DNA of 64,000 nt from Burkholderiales bacterium. GTDB taxonomy: Bacteria; Pseudomonadota; Gammaproteobacteria; Burkholderiales; JAEUOS01. Shown in pieces: positions 58,037-64,000 of the stretch (the stretch's first letter is position 1; every line of letters begins with the position of its first letter). A model generated the notes under the pieces. It saw only the letters and a list, made by a program, of their open reading frames with translations. It ran no database searches and was not told the origin of the DNA. Position numbers and translations under genes: made by a program. The DNA lies in contig JANLTH010000125.1 of the NCBI GenBank assembly GCA_031362865.1, forward strand, positions 3,226 to 67,225, written 5' to 3'.

Positions 58037-58071
58037 CCCCGACCCCCGATCCCCGACCCCCGATCCCCGAC
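58037..58071. repeat. Heptanucleotide tandem repeat (CCCCGAY) x5
   Basis: CCCCGAC CCCCGAT CCCCGAC CCCCGAT CCCCGAC begins 16 nt after the rpoN stop and lies about 87 nt upstream of the hpf ATG. Confidence 0.9.
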
Positions 58072-58157
58072 ACCATCAAATAGTTTTTGACCGCGCCGTG
58101 AACTCAAGGCGAATCCGTCGCCCTACCGTCACAGCGCAAACCCTGGAGGCAAAGCCC

Positions 58158-58478
58158 ATGAATCTCACCGTCAGCGGCCATCACATTACTGTGACCCCTT
58201 CGATACATGACTATGTCGTCAATAAACTAGCTAAGGTCAATCGGCATTTTGACCACGTGATTGATGTCAACGTAATACTCTCGGTCGAAAAACTGGCGCA
58301 GCGCGCCGAGGTCAATGTGCATGTGCGCGGCAAAGACATTTTTGTCGAAACCGCTGAGCCAGACATGTATGCCGCCATCGACAGCCTGGCCGACAAGCTG
58401 GACCGGCAAATTCTGAAATACAAAGACCGCAACGTGGCCCCGACCCACAGCAACAACAAGCGGCAACTGCTGAACTGA
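58158..58478 (+). CDS. hpf: Ribosome hibernation promoting factor (short HPF/YhbH)
   Basis: MNLTVSGHHITVTPSIHDYVVNKL...AEVNVHVRG...MYAAIDSLADKLDRQ; 106 aa from ATG 58158. Confidence 0.9.
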   Translation: MNLTVSGHHITVTPSIHDYVVNKLAKVNRHFDHVIDVNVILSVEKLAQRAEVNVHVRGKDIFVETAEPDMYAAIDSLADKLDRQILKYKDRNVAPTHSNNKRQLLN

Positions 58479-58715
58479 CTATTCACAACCTGTAAGCGGA
58501 CCTCAAGCCAGAGCAGGGGAGCGGATGGCAGTCGAACTATAATGCGGGGCTTCGCTCTTGAGCCCTGGCAATTTCGCCTCCGCCCCCTCCTTCGCTCTGA
58601 CCCCCACCGCCACCGCCCTCGCCGTCGTCACGACCTCCCGGGTTTTTGCTCATGCAGATCGTGGCCTGACCCCAGGGCAACCCTTCCAGCGCATCCGTCC
58701 GGATACTCTTCCTCA

Positions 58716-59183
58716 GTGAATCCACTTGCCCGGCTGCTGCCGCCGACTCACGTCGCCATCAACGTTGATCTGACCAGTAAAAAGCGTGTTTTTGAACATG
58801 CTGGCCTGGTCTTTGAAAACCACCAGGGAATTGCCCGCGCAAAGGTGTTTGACAGCCTGTTTGCGCGCGAGCGCTTGGGCTCGACCGGCTTGGGCAAGGG
58901 CGTGGCGGTGCCGCACGGGCGGATCGCCGGTTTGGCGGCTCCGGCCACCGCGCTGCTGCGGCTAGCTGATGGGGTGGCCTTTGATGCGCCAGACGGCGAC
59001 CCGGTGCGACTCTTTTGCTTTCTGCTGGTGCCGGAAAAATCGAGTTCCGACATTCACCTGCAAATTTATGCCACAGTGGCTGAAATGTTCAGCGATGACG
59101 ATTTCCGCGAGCGGATTTTTTCTGAACCGAGTGCCGAAGGCGTGCATCGCGAGTTGACTGCCTGGCAGTCGTCGATGGATTGA
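58716..59183 (+). CDS. ptsN: PTS IIA-like nitrogen regulatory protein PtsN (EIIA-Ntr)
   Basis: GTG 58716 gives a 155-aa protein. EIIA-Ntr motifs are RERLGSTGLGKGVAVPHGR (phospho-His) and LFCFLLVPE. The upstream part of ORF 58542..59183 is Pro/Arg-rich junk. Confidence 0.85.
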   Translation: MNPLARLLPPTHVAINVDLTSKKRVFEHAGLVFENHQGIARAKVFDSLFARERLGSTGLGKGVAVPHGRIAGLAAPATALLRLADGVAFDAPDGDPVRLFCFLLVPEKSSSDIHLQIYATVAEMFSDDDFRERIFSEPSAEGVHRELTAWQSSMD

Positions 59184-59233
59184 TGCCAGTTGGCGCCGGC
59201 TCAGCTCGCGTGGCGGTGTACTAAGGCTAACCG

Positions 59234-60211
59234 ATGAATGCCCCGACGATTCCTTCGCTCACATTAGGTGAGCTGATTCGCGATTGTGCCGACGACTTAG
59301 GGTCTTCGTGGTTGATCGGTGAGGCGGACGCGGCGCGGATTCAAATCGGCGGGCCCGTTGCTGCCATGGCAGACGGCAAGCATCACGCCGCTGCCGAATT
59401 TGTCGGCCATCTCAATTTGGTTCATCCTTCCCGCTTGCAGATAGCTGGGCGCGAAGAGGCTGCCTATCTGGCCAAACTCCCGGTCAATCGGCGTTCGCAC
59501 TACATTGCCGAGCTGATGCACGGCAGCCCGCCCGCCGTAATTCTGGGCGATTCAACGCCACCTGACCCGTTACTGGAGGCGCAGTGCAGCCAAAACGGCG
59601 TGGCGCTCTTGACCTCGCCAAAACCGGCAGCCGAGATTATCGATATTTTGCGCATTTACCTGGCGCGCGCCTTGGCGGAGCGCACCTCGCTGCACGGCGT
59701 GTTTATGGACGTGCTGGGCATGGGTGTACTCATCACCGGTGATTCGGGGGTAGGCAAAAGTGAACTCGGCTTGGAGCTCATCAGCCGCGGGCATGGCCTG
59801 GTGGCAGATGACGTGGTGGACGTATCTCATACCGGCCCGAAAACGCTCGAAGGCCGCTGCCCGGCGATGCTCAAAAACCTACTCGAAGTGCGCGGTTTGG
59901 GCCTGCTCGACATTCGTGCGATTTTTGGCGAAACCGCTGTGCGCCCGAAAATGAACTTGAAGCTGATCGTTCACCTAGCCAAGCCCAATATCACCGAAGC
60001 ACCGGAATACGAACGCCTGCCGCTCAATGCCGTCACCCAAATGGTGCTTGGCGTTACGGTGAGCAAGGTGGTCATTCCGGTGGCAGCAGGGCGCAACTTG
60101 GCGGTGTTGCTGGAAGCGGCGGTACGCAATACCATCCTGAAATTGCGCGGGTTTGATCCGATGGCGGAATTTGCTGCGCGCCAAGCGCTGGCAATGCGCG
60201 ACGGGGAGTAG
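59234..60211 (+). CDS. hprK: HPr kinase/phosphorylase
   Basis: Walker A LITGDSGVGKSELGLEL, followed by LVADDVV and EVRGLG signature motifs. Confidence 0.95.
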   Translation: MNAPTIPSLTLGELIRDCADDLGSSWLIGEADAARIQIGGPVAAMADGKHHAAAEFVGHLNLVHPSRLQIAGREEAAYLAKLPVNRRSHYIAELMHGSPPAVILGDSTPPDPLLEAQCSQNGVALLTSPKPAAEIIDILRIYLARALAERTSLHGVFMDVLGMGVLITGDSGVGKSELGLELISRGHGLVADDVVDVSHTGPKTLEGRCPAMLKNLLEVRGLGLLDIRAIFGETAVRPKMNLKLIVHLAKPNITEAPEYERLPLNAVTQMVLGVTVSKVVIPVAAGRNLAVLLEAAVRNTILKLRGFDPMAEFAARQALAMRDGE

Positions 60212-60281
60212 GTTCGGTTTGAGCGGTTCGAGTGTTGTTTAAAATTCAATCATTCTTTCCACAAAACGAGACGCGAATAAC

Positions 60282-60560
60282 ATGACAAAACTTTTGTTGC
60301 TGATTGCGCTGGCATTGAACCTCGGTGCGAGCCCGGTATTCGCGCAAGAAAAAGCGCCCAACCACCGTCCAAACAAGATGCGCGAATGCAACCACGAAGC
60401 GGGTGACCGGAAAAGCGATGTGCGCAGGGCGTTTATGAAAACCTGCCTGTCGGAAAAAAAGGCCCGCGCGCACGAAAAAAGGAAGGCATGTACCGTGGAC
60501 GCGGCTGGTAAAAGTGGCGCGGCGCGTAGGGCCTTCATGGAAGTCTGCATGGGCAAGTAG
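60282..60560 (+). CDS. psiF: PsiF-repeat family periplasmic protein
   Basis: Signal peptide plus two PsiF-like repeats (KMRECNHEAGDRKSDVRRAFMKTCL and KACTVDAAGKSGAARRAFMEVCM). Confidence 0.7.
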   Translation: MTKLLLLIALALNLGASPVFAQEKAPNHRPNKMRECNHEAGDRKSDVRRAFMKTCLSEKKARAHEKRKACTVDAAGKSGAARRAFMEVCMGK

Positions 60561-60686
60561 GTTTTTCCGCACACTATTGATCGTTACATAAATAGTGACA
60601 AAAACACGCCTCTGGCGAGGCTGTCATGTTTCTAGGAATGCTCAATAGTCGAAGCGCAGGGCTAGGCGAGGCATCAGCAGCCGACT

Positions 60687-62570
60687 TCAATGTACCTGCC
60701 GGTAGATCCGCTCTGCCAATTCATGGCTGATACCTTCCACCCCAGCCAGATCATCCACCGATGCATTGCGCACGCCTTGCAAGCCGCCAAAGCGCTGCAA
60801 CAGGCGCTGCCGCCGCTTAGCGCCAATCCCATCAATTTCTTCCAAGCTTGAGGTCACGCGCGCCTTGTCGCGCTTGGCGCGCTGCCCGGTGATCGCGAAG
60901 CGATGCGCTTCGTCGCGAATTGTTTGAATCAGATGCAGGGCGGGGCTGTCCTTGGGCAGATTAATCGCCTCGCGCCCATCGGTGAACACCAATGTTTCCA
61001 GCCCGGGCCGGCGTTCCTCCCCCTTGGCTACGCCCACCAGCAGCACATCGGGCAGTGCGACCTCGGCAATCACCTGGCGGGCGATTTCTAGCTGGCCTTT
61101 ACCGCCGTCGATCAAAATCAATTCAGGCTTGGTGACCGGCTCACCGGCGGCGATGGCGGCGGCCATTTTTTCGTAGCGCCGGGTGAGCACTTGGCGCATC
61201 GCCGCGTAGTCGTCGCCTGCCGTGATGTCATTGATGTTGTAGCGGCGATATTCACCATTTTGCATTTTGTGATGGTGGTAGACCACACACGAGGCCTGCG
61301 TGGCTTCACCCGCCGTGTGGCTGATGTCGAAGCATTCCACCCGCAATGTCTCAAAGCCGTGCTCCGGCTCTTCCAGCGCCAACAGTTCCGCCAAAAGCCG
61401 TGTGCGCGCTTGCGCAGTGCCGCGCTCAGCCAAGGCGCGATCGAGCGCGAGTTCGGCATTCTTTTCCGCCATATCAAGCCACATGCGCCGAGGCGCTTGC
61501 GGAAAGCGCACGATGGTAATCCTGCGCCCGGCATCAGCGCTCAGGGCTGCGGCGAGCGCCTCGGGCTCCTCGATGTCTTGATTGATGATGAGCGTCGCTG
61601 GAATCGCCATGCCCACGTAGTGCTGCACGATAAACGCGGCCATCACTTCAGTGGGGGCCGCCGCGCCACCGGCAACATTGGTGATTTCGTCATGTTGCGG
61701 AAAGAAAGTTTTGTCACCCAAATGCCGCCCGCCGCGCACCATCGCCAAATTCACGCAGGCGCGGCCTTGCTTCACCAGCGCGGCGATGATGTCGGCATCG
61801 CCATCATTATGATCACCCGTGCTGTCCACCGTTTGCTGCTGCAACACGCGCGAAAGCGCGCCAATTTGGTCGCGGATCACTGCGGCCTCTTCAAAGCGCA
61901 ACGCCGCAGCGGCGCGTTGCATGCGGCCTTGCAGGCTTGCGAGTGCTTCATTGGGCCGTCCGCGCAAAAACAAGGCCGCCGAGTTCACATCCACCGCATA
62001 GTCCTCAGCCGAGATATTGCCGATACAAGGTGCCGTGCAGCGGTGGATTTGATGCAGCAAACAGGGCCGCGAACGATTGGCAAACACCGTGTCGTCGCAG
62101 CTGCGCAACTGAAATACCTTTTGCAAAATTTGAATGCTCTCGCGCACCGCCCATGCCGATGGGAATGGGCCGAAATACTGATGCCGCTTTTCAATCGTGC
62201 CGCGATAAAAGCGCATTTGCGGGTAGTCGCGCCCGGTGAGCATGAGGTAGGGGTAGCTCTTGTCGTCACGAAACAGGATGTTGTATTTCGGCTTGAGCTC
62301 TTTGATGAGATTGTTTTCGAGCAGCAGCGCTTCGGCTTCTGAGCGCGTGACCGTTGTTTCGACGCGTACCACCTGCGCCACCATATGAGCGATGCGTGGC
62401 GAGTTCAAGGTCTTCTGGAAGTAGGAACTGACGCGCTTTTTGAGGTCGCGCGCCTTGCCGACGTAGAGCACTGCGCCGTCTGCCGCGATGTGGCGATACA
62501 CCCCCGGCAGCGCAGGCAGCTCGCGCAGCAGGGCTTTCGGGTCGAAGGGTTCTGGTGCAGTGCCTGTCAT
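60687..62570 (-). CDS. uvrC: Excinuclease ABC subunit C
   Basis: N-terminal GIY-YIG ([19 protein letters not shown]), a UVR domain, an endonuclease V-like domain, and C-terminal (HhH)2. Confidence 0.95.
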   Translation of the reverse strand: MTGTAPEPFDPKALLRELPALPGVYRHIAADGAVLYVGKARDLKKRVSSYFQKTLNSPRIAHMVAQVVRVETTVTRSEAEALLLENNLIKELKPKYNILFRDDKSYPYLMLTGRDYPQMRFYRGTIEKRHQYFGPFPSAWAVRESIQILQKVFQLRSCDDTVFANRSRPCLLHQIHRCTAPCIGNISAEDYAVDVNSAALFLRGRPNEALASLQGRMQRAAAALRFEEAAVIRDQIGALSRVLQQQTVDSTGDHNDGDADIIAALVKQGRACVNLAMVRGGRHLGDKTFFPQHDEITNVAGGAAAPTEVMAAFIVQHYVGMAIPATLIINQDIEEPEALAAALSADAGRRITIVRFPQAPRRMWLDMAEKNAELALDRALAERGTAQARTRLLAELLALEEPEHGFETLRVECFDISHTAGEATQASCVVYHHHKMQNGEYRRYNINDITAGDDYAAMRQVLTRRYEKMAAAIAAGEPVTKPELILIDGGKGQLEIARQVIAEVALPDVLLVGVAKGEERRPGLETLVFTDGREAINLPKDSPALHLIQTIRDEAHRFAITGQRAKRDKARVTSSLEEIDGIGAKRRQRLLQRFGGLQGVRNASVDDLAGVEGISHELAERIYRQVH

Positions 62571-62690
62571 CGTGGAAAGATACCTGAAGAAGAGCTTCCA
62601 GAGCGGCTCTTCATGCCGTTGCGGATTTCAAATCCCGGATGAACGTGGTCACCGCGCCCGGGTGAAGCGCAGTGAAGAGAACAGCCGCGC

Positions 62691-63119
62691 TCAGGAAAAC
62701 CAGCTCTCCTGCCGCAAGCCCTTGAATGGCGTGAAATCCGCTTGGTTGCGCGTAACCAGTGTCAGTCCGTTGCAGGCGGCAGTCGCGGCAATCTGGGCAT
62801 CCCGCCAAGGGCGCGTCAGGCCCCGGCGTTGCAACTTGGCATTCTCCTGCGCGGCCCACAACGCGGCGGCTGTGTCGAACGCCAAAACGGGCATGGCACC
62901 AGCAGACTCGAACCAGTCCGTGTAGATTTGCAACAACCCAGTACGCCGTGCGCCCGCCGGCATCAGGTGCGCACCCCAATTGAGCTCCATCACCACCACG
63001 CTGCACGTCGCGCAGGCATCCCGCTCGCGATCAATGCGTGCCAGCACGTTGGCGTGCGGCACAGGTTTCAGCAATTCACTCAATACGTTGCTGTCGAGAA
63101 GGTAGCGCGGCGCCGCCAT
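62691..63119 (-). CDS. vapC: Type II toxin VapC/FitB (PIN-domain ribonuclease)
   Basis: YLLDSNVLSE (first acidic residue) ...TRNQADF, 142 aa. It lies 6 nt downstream of the antitoxin gene. Confidence 0.85.
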   Translation of the reverse strand: MAAPRYLLDSNVLSELLKPVPHANVLARIDRERDACATCSVVVMELNWGAHLMPAGARRTGLLQIYTDWFESAGAMPVLAFDTAAALWAAQENAKLQRRGLTRPWRDAQIAATAACNGLTLVTRNQADFTPFKGLRQESWFS

Positions 63120-63125
63120 GGTGCT

Positions 63126-63425
63126 TCAGGCAGCAGGCATCACCGGCATCTCCCGGCTGCGCCAGCTATCGACAAGCTCATCACTCAGGTTCAGATCATC
63201 AATGAGCGCTTTGTGCTCGCGCCGCCAAGTATGTGCTGCATCCAGCCAGTGCGGCGCCGCCGCTTGCGCCTCGTGCGCAGCCCGGAAGGACTCATATGAT
63301 TGCAGTACTGCCACGGGTTTGCCCCGGCGCGTCAGCACTACCGGCGAGTCCTGCACGAGATGGACCAACTTGGGCAAATGATTTTTGGCGCTGGCGATGC
63401 TGTGCGAGGCGACGTGGGCTGACAT
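63126..63425 (-). CDS. Phd/YefM-family antitoxin
   Basis: AKNHLPKLVHLVQDSPVVLTRRGKPVAVLQSYESF is the Phd/YefM N-terminal fold pattern. 99 aa, upstream of vapC. Confidence 0.8.
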   Translation of the reverse strand: MSAHVASHSIASAKNHLPKLVHLVQDSPVVLTRRGKPVAVLQSYESFRAAHEAQAAAPHWLDAAHTWRREHKALIDDLNLSDELVDSWRSREMPVMPAA

Positions 63426-63536
63426 GGCTATTTAACTCGCTGAAATGGCTATGCACGATTGTAGGCCCATTGATGGCACGTCGCACGCAAATGGCGCGGT
63501 GAACATCGAAGTCGCCGAAAGACTGTGGGACGGGCC

Positions 63537-64000
63537 TCAAACTTTACGACGCAGGAGAACCTTATTGGGGGCGGCTCTTCGTTAGGTGATATTTGAAGAG
63601 GCAGTACTGGCAAGGGTCTTCGAGGGTGGATGCATGGAGAGTGGAGATGTGCAGCGATATCGACAGTCTGCTAGTCGAAAATTAAATTGTCGCAGGCCCG
63701 TTTAATCCCGTGGTCGTTTGAAAGCGATTGGAAAATTTACTCATCGCTGACCCAAGTTGGCCGGTGAAGTTAGCTTCAAACTTTACGATGCGGGAGAATC
63801 TTATTGGGGCGGCTCTTCGTGAGGTAATATTTGAAGAGGCAGTACTGGTAAGAGTCTTCGTGGGTAGATGCATTGAGAGTGAATGCGGCCGCTGATGTTG
63901 ACAGGCGGCTAGCTGGAGTCGAAAATTAAATCGTCGCTGGCCCGTTTAATCCACGGGGAACCGATTGATCTGGAAATACCTGAGCTATTGCCGTCGGCCT
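63537..64000. repeat. Tandem direct repeat with a 239-bp period: one full copy plus a 225-bp partial second copy, cut by the window end
   Basis: Copy 1 starts at 63537 (tcaaactttacgacgcaggagaacc...) and copy 2 at 63776 (tcaaactttacgatgcgggagaatc...). I count about 11 mismatches/indels in the first ~108 nt. A divergent middle follows, then a conserved block gtcgaaaattaaat(t/c)gtcgc(a/t)ggcccgtttaatcc. The region is noticeably AT-richer than the flanking genes. Confidence 0.85.

Noticed and set aside
58537-58725. Gly-rich minus-strand ORF (..GGGGGGQSEGGGGGE..) and the Pro/Arg-rich N-terminal extension of the ptsN ORF (58542..58715).
   Set aside because: Both are translations of the same C/G-homopolymer-rich spacer. 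Conserved PtsN sequence begins only at GTG 58716.
63682-63873. 63-aa minus-strand ORF and several 14-23 codon ORFs inside the tandem repeat units.
   Set aside because: They lack SD sequences. The equivalent frames in the other repeat copy are interrupted by a stop (TAA versus TCA) and a 1-nt indel, so conservation is at nucleotide level, not protein level.

Overview
High-GC chromosomal segment with betaproteobacterial (Burkholderiales-like) gene order, almost fully coding. I support about 60 protein genes and found no rRNA, tRNA, CRISPR array or intact IS element. Left to right: a GNAT/methyltransferase pair; a two-domain fatty acyl-CoA reductase-like gene; a porin-glnK-amtB nitrogen module with a sigma-54 promoter and NtrC-type sites; a PAS-GGDEF-EAL protein; comM; a TPP riboswitch plus thiC; a decayed Fic gene. 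Then an alpha/beta hydrolase-ydbH-ynbE-ydbL envelope lipid-transport operon; an SDR-dsbA-dsbA-SPOR-argS-ptsI block; pepN; panE; an MhaAB-like hydroxylase pair. Then a type II R-M island (m5C methyltransferase plus Eco29kI-like GIY-YIG endonuclease) abutting a GNAT gene; a hydroxyproline-epimerase / three-subunit dehydrogenase cluster joined to an IMPase-family phosphatase, an Fbp/Afu-type ABC importer and a GntR regulator. Then glyA-nrdR-ribD-ribE; rpoN-hpf-ptsN-hprK; psiF; uvrC; and a phd/vapC toxin-antitoxin pair. Items I consider most worth follow-up: (1) the argS reading frame is open for 168 extra, coding-looking codons that start 10 nt after ptsI and match no family I recognise; (2) an AT-richer tandem repeat with a 239-bp period at the right edge, next to the TA module and cut by the window end; (3) the R-M island, whose endonuclease gene overlaps the start of a GNAT gene; (4) the unusual gene composition of the hydroxyproline-like catabolic/transport cluster; (5) a (CCCCGAY)x5 heptanucleotide repeat between rpoN and hpf. 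All functional calls rest on motif recognition by eye. No database search was run.
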